DNA of 64,000 bases, taken from Isurus oxyrinchus (lineage: Eukaryota). Below, piece by piece: positions 13,015 to 26,139 of the stretch. Both the position numbers and the translations under genes were made by a program. The notes beneath the pieces are model-generated. The model saw only the letters and a list, made by a program, of their open reading frames with translations, was not told the DNA's origin and searched no databases. The first letter of the stretch is position 1; every line of letters begins with the position of its first letter. Location: the NCBI GenBank assembly GCA_026770705.1, contig JANJGN010000031.1:992001-1056000 (forward strand), written 5' to 3'.

Positions 13015-14359
13015 TCTGCGCAGATAGTGTTCGTCTCCGACCCTTGGTTTCCTGGTTTTCTACAGCTTGCTGATTGTATCAACGGGCGATATTGCAGTTG
13101 CAACCTGCTCTGCTGGAAGTATATTTAAGCGCCGTGTGTGACTGATCAGTTCCTCTGATGCGTCTTTATATGTCAACTGTTGCACAAGTGGAGGTTGCTT
13201 GGTTTAAGCCCCACGTCCGAGAGGAAAGTGTAATACCTAAGGGGACACTCCCACTACAATAGGAAATAGTTGCTGCTGTGCCAGAAGAGACAGTACCGAG
13301 GGAGCGCTGTTCTGCCGAAGGGCTGTAAGGAGAGAATGCCGCACTTTTGGAGGTATCACATAGTATTGCCCTATTGGAGAAGTACAGAAGGATTACTGCT
13401 ATGTCGGGGCGCCAGTACTGAATGAATGCTGAACATTCTTTCTGCTGCTCTTTCAGGCAGGTCCCTTATCCTCAATTTAGAAAAAAGCAGGACAATTCTC
13501 ACAGTATCCTGGGGAACAATGTATCCCTCAAAGGACTTTACTGAAACAGGTTATCTGATAATTGTTACAATCCTGTTGTCGGAGCTTGCTTCTGCCTTTC
13601 CAGACTTCACAAAAGTTTCATTGTCCGTGATGCTGAGATAGTTAAAGGCTATCGAAATTGCTGCAAGTTAAACACATGCTTAAGGGAAAGTAAAAAATCA
13701 AAAACATTCTTTATATTCCCCGTGGGATGTGGGTGCCTGCTCTTGAACTGAGTAGCTTATTTTTACTAAGCCATTTACAGAGTCAACCACATCTGGAGTC
13801 ACATGTAGGCCAGATAATGACGTCAGTTTTCATTTTTCAAAGGTCATTAGTGAACTAAGTGGGCTTCTGTGACAATCAATGACAGTATCGTGATCATCAT
13901 TAATCAGGATGGTTTTCAATTCTAGAATTGTTATTGATTGCATTTAAATTCCACCAGTTGCTATGGTGGGATGTGAACTCAAGTCAGCAAAGCATTCGCA
14001 TAACATTTTGGATTATTAGCCCATTAATTTCACCACTACACCACTGTCGCATTGAGGGTCTTCCGTATGTTGAGTAATGCACAGGAGATGAGGTAGTTCT
14101 CTCCATGCGCATAATTCCAATTGCAATTCTGGGAGAAATTCACTGTCGCTGTATCAAAATCCTTGAACTCCTTTCCGGAGAGCACGTGGATGCTTCTACA
14201 ACACGTGGACAGCAGTGGTTCAACAAGGCAGCATACCACCACCTGCTCAAGGGCTGTTGGGTGTGTGCAATATATATATTCGTTGAAGGGATGTGGCTAG
14301 GCTAGCTTTCATTGCCCACCCCTAATTGCCCTTGAGATGGTGACGGTATGCTGCTTTAG

Positions 14360-14537
14360 GAAGTGATCTATGCGTCTGTTCCCTGCTGGCGGTGAACGTC
14401 TTGCAATGGAATCTCAATGTCATCAGTTTCAGCATTTGGTTACCACGCGCCAACCGGTTCCATCTGGTGTAATCGAACACCATTTGTAAATTGCTACCTT
14501 TTTTCAGCGAGTGCAAACTTCTTTACTGGCATTAGTT
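14360..14537 (-). pseudogene. Decayed TCR V fragment (candidate)
   Basis: Acceptor CCTTAG|; TGG AAC CGG (WYR-like), then GNQMLKLM and TTC ACC GCC AGC AGG (FTASR, cf. FTAER and FIASR in V63 and V34). The 3' end is replaced by a SINE tail. Confidence 0.3.
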
Positions 14538-15359
14538 CTAAGGTGCAAAAATGGGAAAAGGCCTAGGCTTAATATCGTCCTTGGAAGTATTTCAACAAAA
14601 AAGGGTCATTTATTGGAGCAATCTCCTTATGAAGACGTTGCTGACAGATCACACTGGGTGATCAAAGCCCCCATTTAAATGATCTCTTTCAGAAAATAAT
14701 ATTTTTTGATAGATGAGTAAGCTGACACATAACTAATCTACCGTTTATGGTCTGCTTGTGGTTCCTAAAGATCTTTGACGCTTTGATCATTTTTCGTTTG
14801 ATGCCTGGGATTGTAGACAAATTGATGAATTTTCAGTTTGTTCTAAGATTTCAATGCGTATTGGCGTTATTAACAAGTCCAACATTTATTGTCTATCCCA
14901 GGCTGCCCTTGACAAAGTGGTGGTAAGCTGCTTTCCTGAATGCAACTGAATGGTTTAATAACCTCGTTCTGGAGCAACCCACTGTTGTGGGTTTCAAGGT
15001 ACATGTAGGCCAAACAGGAGGAGGACGTACGAGGTCCTTTCCTAAAGGACATTGTGCAGCCAGATGCTGTTATTTTTTGCGAAAACCTAGTTGTTCTGAC
15101 GTCACCAGTGTTGGTAATAGCATGATTACCAATTTATTGAATGAACTGAATTCAAATCTCCTCGGTATTCTTGACTTATGTCTCAGATCATTGTTCCAGG
15201 CTTCGAGATTACTAAACACCCCTGCTGCCGTTCAGTGAGCAATACCTTCATTATTGTAGTATGGGATTAATAGAATGGGAAAAGTGCAGCGAAATGCACT
15301 GTCATCTTTTCTGGGCCAATAATTTCTGTGTACCTACGAAATTTATTAGGATGTTTTGA

Positions 15360-18300
15360 GCATAAGCTCATAAGAAACAAAGGCAAGTGTAGGCCATTCT
15401 TGCCCTACAGCCTGCTACATTATTCCATTCGATCATGGCTGATCTGAATGTGGTCTGAATCCACTTTCCTGACGGCCCTACATAACTCTTGACTCCCTTG
15501 TACATCAAAATTCTGTCTAACGCAGCCTTGAATATATTCAATGGCCCAGCATCAACTGCCCTCCGGGGAGAAGAATTCCAACGATTAAAGGCCCTGTAAA
15601 CTTTCCCTCATCTCCCTCTGCAACAGGAGACACTGTCCTTTTAATCTGTGCCTCCTAGTTTGCCTCACAAGTGTAAACAGCTTCTCAGCATCGACCCTAT
15701 TATGTCTCTCGGAATCTTAAATGTTTCAATAAGGTGATCTCCCATTCTTCTAAACTCCACTGGATATATGCAGAAGCTACTGAAGCTTTCACCATAAATC
15801 AAGCCTTTGGTCTCAGTAATGAACCTAGTGAACATTCTCGGAACTGCTTCTAGTGCAAATATATCCCTCCTCAGGTAAGACTGGAACTTACACAGTGCTC
15901 CAAATGCGGTTTCACCAAGGTCTTGTAACGTTTACCCAGGATTTCACTGGTTTAATATTCCACCCCCTTTCAATAAATGCCAACATTCCATTTTCCTCCC
16001 TATTACATTGCTGTACCTGAAAGTTGATTTTTTGTGATTCTTGCACAAGGTCACCCAGATCCCTCTGCACCGCAGCATTCTGCAGTCTTTCTCCATTCAC
16101 AATAATGCACTACTTTTCTATTCTTTCTGCCGAAGTTGACAACCTCAAATTTTCCCACATTCCTATCTTCCTTTTTTGCCCACTAACAACCTATCGCACC
16201 ATTGCAGACTCTTTGTATCCTCCTCACAACTGACTTTCCTTCTTGTTTTTGTATCATCAGCAAATTTGGCTAAAATGCAGTCTGTCACTTAGTCTAAGTT
16301 ATTAATATAGATTGTAAATAGTTGCGGTCATAACGCTAATCTTTGAGGCACTCCATTAGTTCAGTTTACCAACCTGAAAAATACGCCTTTATTAACTTTC
16401 TGTTTCCTGTTAGTTTCCCAAACAATTCCCACGCTAAAATATAACCCCCACCATGATATCTCCTGTCGTAATTTTTTTTTTGTGGCACGTTATCGAAAAT
16501 CTTAGAAGTGCAAATCAACTGCCTCCCTTCTGCCCGCTCTGTTTGTGACATACCCTAAGAACGCTAACAAATTTGTAAACCAGGATTTCACTTTCATAAA
16601 ACCATGTCGACTCTGCATGACAGCACGGATGTTATCAATATATCCTGCTACTAGTTCCTTAATTATGGATTTCAGCATTTTCCCTATTCCTGATGTTAAG
16701 CTCACTGGCCTAAAGTTTCCTGCTTTTGGTTCCCACTCCTTTTTTGAGTAGATGTGTTGCATTTGCAATTTTCTAAGCCGCTAGAACCTTTTCAGAATTC
16801 TGGCAATATTGGAATTTGAATGCATTCGCTATTTCTGGAACACTTCGTTTAAAATCGTATGATGCGGCTTTCAGGCCCACTGGACTTCCCAGCGTGTAGT
16901 CACATTAGTTTACCTAGCACATTTTCCCTAGCGATCGTGATTGTTTTAAGCTCCTCCTTTCTTTCCTTCTCGATTTTCTTTTCTCTGTGTGAAATACATT
17001 CAAAGCTTCGGCCAGTTTCTTGATTACCATTATTAATTCCCCAGTCTCAACCTCTGAGGGAATAACGCTTAGCTTAGCTGCTAGTTTCCAGGGTATTATA
17101 CTTACAGCAGATTTAACTGTCTAATTTTATATTTTGGTCGAGTTTACTTCAATTTATTTATCTTTAATATATTGTCAGTTATCCTTTGCTAGTTTATACA
17201 CTTTTCCAAATTGGTTTCCTTGCTGCAAATTTTTGCAGTATTTTGCACCTATTCTTTCAATTTAACAAAACCCTAAAGTTCTATACTTAGGCAATCATGC
17301 TACCCCATTCTCAGGAAATGCGTCATTCTCAATGGAATATACCTTTGTTGAGCATTATGAAATATTTTTCTGCCACTGCTTCTGTAATGTCTTATCTTCC
17401 AACTTTTTTCCAGCTGCCTTTAACCAACTCTGTCTTCCTAACTTTGTAATTGCCTTTATTTTGGTTTAAGACTCTAGTTTCAGACAAATTTCTTACATTA
17501 AAACTGAACGAGAGGGCAGGCATTGTTAGACCTGGTTCTGGAGAATGCGTTGGCCCAAGTGGATCCAAGTGAAGAGCGTTTAGAGGACGGTGACCATTCT
17601 ATCATAAGGTTTGGGTTAATCATGGAAAAGGGCAGGGAACAATCCAGAGCAGGGATAATTAATTGGGGAAAGCCAACTTCGATGAGATGAGAATGCCTCT
17701 GAGTCGACTGAGTTGGAATCAAATATTGGCAGAAAAGACGGTGGCTGAACATTGGGCTCCCTTCAGAGGGATGGTATTGCAGGCAGCGTTAAGGTATATT
17801 CCCTTGAATGGGAAAATGTGCACATATAAATCTAGAACACTCTGGATGATGAGAGAAATAGAGGCAAAGATGAATAAGAAGAAGTACACCTACGACACAT
17901 GTCAGGCAGAAAATACAATGAGGAATCAAGCTAAATATAAAAGGACCATTGAGGAAATGAAAAAAATAATGATCAAATATCCAAGGAGGGAGCATGAAAA
18001 CAGACTGGCTGTTAACATAAAAGGGAATCCCAAGATCTTCTCTAAGCATGTTAATAATGAAAGGGTGGTAAAATAAAGGGCAAAGCGAATTAGGGATAAA
18101 AGAGGATATTTTCATGTGGAGGCAGGGGAAGTTGTGGAGATATTAAATGAGTACTTTGCATCCGTCTTTACAAAGGAAAAAGATGCTATCCAGGCCAAGA
18201 TGAGAGAGGAGGCACCTCGTACACTCGGGGAATTTATAATTGGGAACAGGGAGGCATTAGAAAATTAAAATCGAGAAGGCACCTGGACCGGATGAGGCGT

Positions 18301-21000
18301 GACTGAAGATACTGAGAGAGGTGAGAGTGGGAATTTCAGAGGCACTGGTGGTACTCTTCCAGTCTTCCTTATAGACGGGGTGGTGCTGGATTGCTGGAAA
18401 ATTGTGAATGCTAAACCCTTGTTCAAAAAGGTGTGCATGGATAAAGCTCGTAACTACAGACCAGTCAGTTTGATTTCAGTCGTATGGAAACTTCAGGAAA
18501 CTATAGTTTGGGATGAAATGAATAGCCAGTTAGACCGATTTAGTTTAATTAAATAATTCCAGCATGGATTCATTAAGGGAAAATCACGTTTAACTAACTT
18601 TCGGGAGTTATTTTTGAGGAGGTAACAGAGAAGGTTGATAAAGTCAATGCTGTTGTTGTGGTGTATATGGATTTTCAAAGGGCATTTGACAGTATCAGAC
18701 AACAGATTTGTGAGCAAAATTCTCACTCATGGAATAAAAGGGAAAGTAGGCACTTGCATAAGGAATTGGCCGATGGACAGGAAACAGGGAGCAGTCATAA
18801 ATGGTTGTTTTTCAGATTGGAAGAAGGTCTGTAGTGGAGTGCCCCAGGGGTCAGTGTTTGCATGCTTGCTATTCCTGATATACATTAATGACCTAGACTG
18901 TGGTGTGCAGGGCATAAGTTCAACATTTGCGGAGGATAAGAAGATTGGGAACATTGTCAACTGTGATGGGGATAGTCTTGAACTTCAAAAGGGCATAGAC
19001 ATGTTGTTGGCTTGCGTAGACAATTGGCAGATGAAGTTCAATGTGGAGAAGTGTGAGGTGATTCATTTTGGCCAGAAAAATGTAGAGAGACACAGTGAAA
19101 TACAGGGAGAAGCTCTAAAGGAGGTGCAGGAACAGAAGGATCTCGGTGTATATGTGCATTAATCATTGAAGGTGGCAGGGCGTGTCGAGAGAGCAGTTAA
19201 TAAAGCATATGGTATCCTCGGTTTGATTAATAGGGGCATTGGGTACAACAGTAAGGAGGTCTTGTTGAACAGGTGTAAGACACCAGTTATGCCTCATCTG
19301 GAGTACTGCATCCAGTTCTGGGCGCTATATCTGAGGAAGGATGTGAAGCATTGGAAGGAGTGCAGAGGAGATTCACAAGAATGAGTCCAGTGATAAAGAA
19401 CTGTAACGATGGACATAGATTGGAGATGTTGGGATCATTTTCCATGGAGGAAAGAAGGCCAAGAGGAGACTTGATAGCAGAATTCAAGATCCTCAGGTGT
19501 ATGGGCAAGGTAAATAGTAAGGAACATCTCCCACTCAACATTACATCGACAACTAAAGGGCACAGATTCATAATAATGGGGAAAAATGAGTAAATTTGAT
19601 GTGAATAACAGTTTTTTCACCCAAAGGGTGGTTGGAGTCTGGAATGAACTTCCTGAAAGGGTGGTAGAGGCAGGCTCAGTCAAGGTGTACTGAAAAGAAA
19701 AAATATGCAAGGTTAAAGGATAAGGCAGGGGAGTGGTCTATCAGAAAGCCAGTGCAAACTCCCTGGGCCGAAGGAACTCCATCTGCACTGTAAAGATACT
19801 GTTATTCTGTGAAAGTGAAACTTGATCATGTCATGACAATTTTCGCCCAGAGGATCCATTACTCTGAGGTAATTAATAAATCCTGTCTAATCACACATTA
19901 CAGGCGTAGAATCGCATGCTCCCAGGTGCTTTCTAGATGCATTGCTCTAACAATCTGCCCCAAATACACTCTATGAACTCATCTTCCAGGCCACCTCTAC
20001 GAACTCGATTTGTCACATCTGCATGAAGATTAAAACCTCCCACAACTGATGCAGTACCTTTCTTAGAAGACGCCATTATCTCTTAATTTATAGCCCGTGT
20101 TATAGTGTTCCTACCATCGGGCCAAAACGCTGCTCCCACCAATGAATTACATTCTTTGCTTTATTTTCTCCCCCTACAAAACTGACTCGACATCTTAATA
20201 TTCTGACACAGGATCATTTCTCACTAATGTAGTGATCACATCCTTTATCAACAGAGCTTCCTTACCTGTTCTTGTTCCTTAGCTTTCTGAAATGTCAAAC
20301 AACTTGCAATAGTCACTTCCCAGCCTTTGTCACCTTGCAGCCAAATCTCTAAAGGGCTGTCACATTATTCACATTGATATCGATCAATTTCTGTCAATAT
20401 GTACACCTTGTTACGAAGGCTGTGTGCATTTAGATTTAAATTAAAACAGACATTTTTAATTTTGTCCTTTGTTTTATCATTTTTCCCTATTCTGGTCTTA
20501 ACTGTTTGTGCACTTTTACATTCATGCATTCTCTCCCTTGCTGTGATAATCTCCTTGTATTGCTGGCATTCACTATTGCCTTGTCCTTTCTCCTTAACTT
20601 TAAATTTTTTCCCACGAGAATCTCCCACGCAACTATTAGGTTTCAAGCCCCCTTTACAGCCCCAGGTATATGATTGGCCAGCAGACTGGTCGCTGTGTGG
20701 TTCAGCTTAGGCTTGCTCAATGATATAGCTCCCCCTTTCCCCATTACTCGTATCAGCGCCTGAAAAATCGAAATCCATCACTCTTACATGCAAGTTTTAG
20801 CAACTCATTCAATTCTAGGCTCTTAGTTACCTTGTGACAATTTGCCCGTGGCTCGGATAGTTATCTGGGGATTATTGCCTTGGTGGTTTTGCTTTCTTAA
20901 TGTATCCACCATTGCTCGCACTTCCTCAGCAGAACCTCTTTCTTAGTCCCAGCTATGACTTCAGTACCCACGTGGACCACAATTAGTGGATCCATCCTCT
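15360..21000 (-). mobile_element. CR1-type LINE split by a nested element (15360-17508 and 19811-21000)
   Basis: RT motifs NFRPVSLTS, HGFMKVKS and QRDLG; the upstream endonuclease-like part (LNAHSLRNK) resumes after 19811. Confidence 0.75.
17509..19810 (+). mobile_element. CR1-type LINE nested in opposite orientation
   Basis: NYRPVSLIS, SGVPQGSV, FLIYINDLD, WQMKFNVEKCEVIHFG and PHLEYCIQFW, followed by a CR1 3' tail. Confidence 0.88.
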
Positions 21001-22469
21001 CCCATTTCATGTTATTTTATCATTGGAATTTTAAAAATGTTCCTCTGTATTCCAATATCCAAGTGAGTTCCACATTTTTACATTGAAAAAGTAGTAGTCC
21101 TGCCGACGACCATCAGGCGACACTGCCATAATCCATTCTGAAAATGCAACCATTTCCTGCGATTCGATTTTTTTGTCCTTAAGCCACTTTTTATCCAGGC
21201 TGACACTGAACCTCTTCTCCCATAAGCCCTAATTTTGTTAACCACAGTTTAAGTGCAGCACTTGATGAAGCACTTTCCTATAATCCATAGAGTCAACGTG
21301 TGGCTCCAGATTCACAGTAAAGTGGTTGACTCTTAAATGCTTTTTGAAAAACCCTAGCTAGCCATTCAGTTCAAGGCAGTTAGAGATGGGTAAGAAATGC
21401 CAGCCTAGTCAGTCACCCAAATCCCATGAAATAATATATTTTTTTAAAAGCTGTTTCAACGTTTCATGTTACATTATCAAAAAAATCAATTTGTCAATCA
21501 CCATCTGCTTGCTTACAGTTCGACTGGTATTTGGAATGAGGATCGGGCCTGTTACAATTTCAGAAGGAATTTAGAAAAAGATACTTCATTGTTAAAAAGG
21601 AGATGGTGCAAAGTGAATGGCAGCAGCTGGGCCCTAAGTCACCTCAGTGAAAGTGTTCAAAATCCATCTCTTCTGTATCTGCCTAAATGCATTTCTGAAA
21701 TGCAGTCAAAAAGAATTTGTATCGACCAGAATTGGCTTTCTGTCTTTGAGACTGGGAAGGGGTTGGGGGGTTGGGTGGGTGGGGCGGGGGGGGGGGGGCG
21801 GTGGGTGTGGGGGTGGGTTTAAAATCTTAACTAGAATCTATCCAGTCTTAGAAATGTGCCATTCAGTAAACTCGGAATGATAAATGAGCTACTGTGTAAC
21901 AATCATAAAGGAGGAAATCAAAACTACATCACAAAGAAGATGGATTAAAAATAATAACTGGATCAAAAGTAACAACAAAACGATGAGAACAATATGGCTG
22001 GACCAATGAACCAAGCGAGCGCAGCAAAAATAGCAAGAATAGAACGAAAATATCTTCAAACTCCATGGCTTCAGTGCTGCTTATATGTGAAGAGGATTAT
22101 TTGGAACTCTTCCCTTGACAAACAAAGATATTTCACCAATGCTACAACCCCCACTCCTCACGCCCTCCCCTGCCCCCTCAAATCTCTCTCCCTCTCTTTC
22201 CGTGGAGAAGTTTAAACCTGTCAATGTGGAGGTGATGATCTGACACCCACTATGGAATAATATTAATAATAACAGAGCCCCGCCCCTAACCCAGTGACGC
22301 AATAAGGGCCAATTGAAACTGTCGTTAATTAATGAAGAATTTCTGTTCACCCCTTGCTTGATGACATTCTTGACACCAAAGTTATTTAAGCAGCTGACAA
22401 ATTGTCCAAATTCCGTTTGGAAGCCACTATTTGGTCTGCCTTCACAAACCCCCAGGATATGCATTCCAG

Positions 22470-23050
22470 ATGCTAACCGATTACCACTTGAAACGGTTTT
22501 CCCTAACGTCATCGTTGGTACTTTTGCCATTCACCTTAAATCGGTGTCCCCTGCTTCACGATCCTTCCGCCAATGGGAACAGGCTTTTCCTGTCTGCTCC
22601 CCCCTGACGCCTCATGCTTTGGAACATCTCTCTCAAATATCACCAGAAGCTTTTGTCCTCCAAGAAGCTTCTCCAACCAATTCATGTAAGCGGCGTCCCT
22701 TATCCCCACAACCATTCTCGTAAATCTTTCCTGCAGGATTTCCGTTCATATCCCTCCTAAAATATGGAGCCCGGAACTGGACACTGTACTCCAGTTGAGA
22801 CCAAAACAGTGTTTTGTAAAGGTCCAACATACCTTCCTTGCTTTTGCACGCTTATTTCTCGATTTGCAAAACTCACGATTCCAGATGCCTGATGAACTGC
22901 TTTCTCAGCCACCACTGCCACACTAAACGATTCTATGCACAGATACCTCAGGTCCCTCTGCTCTTGCGTTACGTTTAGAGTTTAGAATCCTTTATTTACA
23001 TCACCTTTGCTCGTTATTCCGACCAAATGCATCACATCGCACATCTTCAC
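22470..23050 (-). mobile_element. CR1 3' fragment
   Basis: LYKTLFWSQLEYSVQF motif. Confidence 0.7.
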
Positions 23051-23439
23051 GAATAATGAACAATATATTATTTTCAATCATAACCAGATGCTGATGATCG
23101 GGAAAATAATATGATACTCTCAAACTGTTGGAATCAATAATCACGGAATAATATTATGAGATGATACGATCTATCTATCATCCGTCTGCCCATCTCTCTC
23201 TTTTTCTTACTACCGAACCATTAATTAGCTATCTACTGAACCATTGGACTAGAGGTGAAAGACATAGATAAAGGATACAAAGACGAGACCCAGTTAGTCT
23301 CTGAGACCACAAAAAGTCGAACACAACACTATGGCTACAGATAAAAACAAAGAAAACTGCGGATGCTGGAAATCCAAAACAAAAACAGAATTACCTGGAA
23401 AAACTCAGCAGGTCTGGCAGCATCGGCGGAGAAGAAAAG

Positions 23440-23478
23440 AGTTGACGTTTCGAGTCCTCATGACCCTTCGACAGAACT
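23440..23478 (-). ncRNA. Minimal hammerhead ribozyme motif in the inverted arm
   Basis: Exact reverse complement of the motif at 25977-26015. Confidence 0.65.
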
Positions 23479-24568
23479 TGATTTCGAGTCCAAGAAAGAG
23501 TTGAAATATAAGCTGGTTTAAGGTGTGTGTGTGGGGGGCAGAGAGATAGAGAGAGAGAGAGGTGGTTGTGTAGACAAACAAGCAGTGATAGAAGCAGATC
23601 ATCAAAAGATGTCAGCGACAATGGTACAAAAGAACACATAGGTGTTAAAGTTAAAGTTGGTGATATTATCTAAACGAATGTGCTAATTAAGAATGGATGG
23701 TAGGGCACTCAAGGTACAGCTCTAGTGGGGGTGGGGGAGCATAAAAGATTTTAAAATATTTAAAACTAATGGAAATAGGTGGGAAAAGAAAAATCTATAT
23801 AATTTATAGGGAAAGGAAAAAGGGGGAAACAGAAAGGGGGTGGGGATGGGGGAGGGAGCTCATGACCTAAAGTTGTTGAATTCAATATACAGACCGGAAG
23901 GCTGCAAGGTGCCTAGTCGGAAGATGAGGTGTTGTTCCTCCAGTTTGCGTTGGGCTTCACTGGAACAATGCAGTAAGCCAAGGTCAGACATGTGGGCAAG
24001 AGAGCAGGGTGGAGTGTTAAAATGGCAAGCGACAGGGAGGTTTGGGTCATTCTTGCGGACAGACCGCAGGTGTTCTGCAAAGCGGTCGCCCAGTTTACGT
24101 TTGGTCTCTCCAATGTAGAGGAGACCACATTGGGAGCAACGAATGCAGTAGACCAAGTTGGGGGAAATGCAAGTGAAATGCTGCTTCACTTGAAAGGAGT
24201 GTTTGGGCCCTTGGACGGTGAGGAGAGAGGAAGAGAAGGGGCAGGTGTTACGTCTTTTGCGTGGGCATGGGGTGGTGCCATAGGAGGGGGTTGAGGAGTA
24301 GGGGGTGATGGGGGAGTGGACCAGGGTGTCCCTACGATCCCTACGGAATGCCGATAAGGGGGGTGAAGGGAAGATGTGTTTGGTGGTGGCATCATGCTGG
24401 AGTTGGCGGAAATGGCGGAGGATGATCCTTTGAATGCGGAGGCTGGTGGGGTGATAAGTGAGGACAAGGGGGACCCTATCATGTTTCTGGCAGGGAGGAG
24501 AAGGCATGAGGGCATGACTCCCTTCTCTCTCCCCTTACTTCGGTGCTGCTTCATGCTCTCGTCGGGAC

Positions 24569-25594
24569 TTGGAAAAATTTATTAATTTGGCTTCCAATCT
24601 CCACCCCTCCATCATTTTCACGTGGTCCATCTCTGACACTTCCCTTCCCTTCCTTGACCTCTCTGTCTCAATCTCTGGTGATAGACTGTCCACCAATATC
24701 CATTACAAACCCACCGACTCCCACAGCTACCTCGACTACAGCTCCTCACACCCCGCTTCCTATAAGGACTCCATCCCATTCTCCCAGTTCCTTCGCCTTC
24801 GTCGCATCTGTTCCAATGATGCTGCCTTCTAAAACGGTTCCTCTGACATGTCCTCCTTCTTCCTTAACCAAGGTTTTCCACCCAAGGTCATTGACAGGGC
24901 CCTCAACCGTGTCTGGCCCATCTCCCGTGCATCCGCCCTCACGCCTTCTCCTCCCTCCCAGAAATATGATAGGGTCCCCCTTGTCCTCACTTATCACCCC
25001 ACCAGCCTCCGCATTCAAAGGATCATCCTCCGCCATTTCCGCCAACTCCAGCATGATGCCACCACCAAACACATCTTCCCTTCACCCCCCTTATCGGCAT
25101 TCCATAGGGATCGCTCCCACCGGGACATCCTGGTCCACTCCTCCATCACCCCCTACTCCTCAACCCCCTCCTATGGCACCACACCAAGCCCACGCAAAAG
25201 ATGTAACACCTGCCCCTTCACTTCCTCTCTCCTCACCGTCCAAGGGCCCAAACACTCCTTTCAAGTGAAGCAGCATTTCACTTGCATTTCCCCCAACTTA
25301 GTCTACTGCATTCGTTGCTCCCAATGTGGTCTCCTCTACATTGGAGAGACCAAACGTAAACTGGGCGACCGCTTTGCAGAACACCTGCGGTCTGTCCGCA
25401 AGAATGACCCAAACTTCCCTGTCGCTTGCCATTTTAACACTCCACCCTGCTCTCTTGCCCACATGTCTGTCCTTGGCTTACTGCATTGTTCCAGTGAAGC
25501 CCAACGCAAACTGGAGGAACAACACCTCATCTTCCGACTAGGCACCTTACAGCCTTCCGGTCTGAATATTGAATTCAACAACTTTAGGTCGTGA
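24569..25594 (+). pseudogene. Penelope-like RT C-terminus, Cys-rich linker and GIY-YIG endonuclease
   Basis: LPFLDLSV..HYKPTDSHSYLDYSSSHP..SIPFSQFLRLRRICS, one TAA at 24830-24832, then RKRCNTC and NLVYCIRCSQCGLLYIGETKRKLGDRFAEH. Confidence 0.9.
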
Positions 25595-25976
25595 GCTCCC
25601 TCCCCCATCCGCACCCCCTTTCTGTTTCCCCCTTTTTCCTTTCCCTATAAATTATATAGATTTTTCTTTTCCCACCTATTTCCATTAGTTTTAAATATTT
25701 TAAAATCTTTTATGCTCCCCCCACCCCCACTAGAGCTGTACCTTGAGTGCCCTACCATCCATTCTTAATTAGCACATTCGTTTAGATAATATCACCAACT
25801 TTAACTTTAACACCTATGTGTTCTTTTGTACCATTGTCGCTGACATCTTTTGATGATCTGCTTCTATCACTGCTTGTTTGTCTACACAACCACCTCTCTC
25901 TCTCTCTATCTCTCCGCCCCCCACACACACACCTTAAACTAGCTTATATTTCAACTCTTTCTTGGACTCGAAATCA

Positions 25977-26015
25977 AGTTCTGTCGAAGGGTCATGAGGA
26001 CTCGAAACGTCAACT
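25977..26015 (+). ncRNA. Minimal type I hammerhead ribozyme motif (non-canonical core)
   Basis: AGTT-CTGTCGA-A-GGGTC/ATGAG/GACTC-GAAA-CG-TC-AACT: stem I AGTT/AACT, 5-bp stem II, palindromic ACGT stem III, putative GUC site at 26009-26011. Confidence 0.65.
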
Positions 26016-26100
26016 CTTTTCTTCTCCGCCGATGCTGCCAGACCTGCTGAGTTTTTCCAGGTAATTCTGCTTTTACTATGGCTACAGAATTGACATTAGT

Positions 26101-26139
26101 AGTCACTGCCATGACGCACACCGGGCATGAATCATTCTG
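26101..26139 (-). other. Degenerate 23-RSS of V26
   Basis: CAGAATG (26133-26139), 23 bp spacer, GCAGTGACT (26101-26109). Position and spacing are correct but both motifs are poor matches. Confidence 0.45.

Larger units (their letters stand above)
23342..26074. mobile_element. Penelope-like retroelement (GIY-YIG, probably Neptune-type), 5'-truncated copy plus inverted partial copy
   Basis: Arms 23386-24513 (-) and 24935-26069 (+) are near-identical reverse complements. The 421-bp spacer continues the + copy upstream. Flanked by the 14-bp direct repeat ACTATGGCTACAGA (23328-23341 and 26075-26088). Confidence 0.92.
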
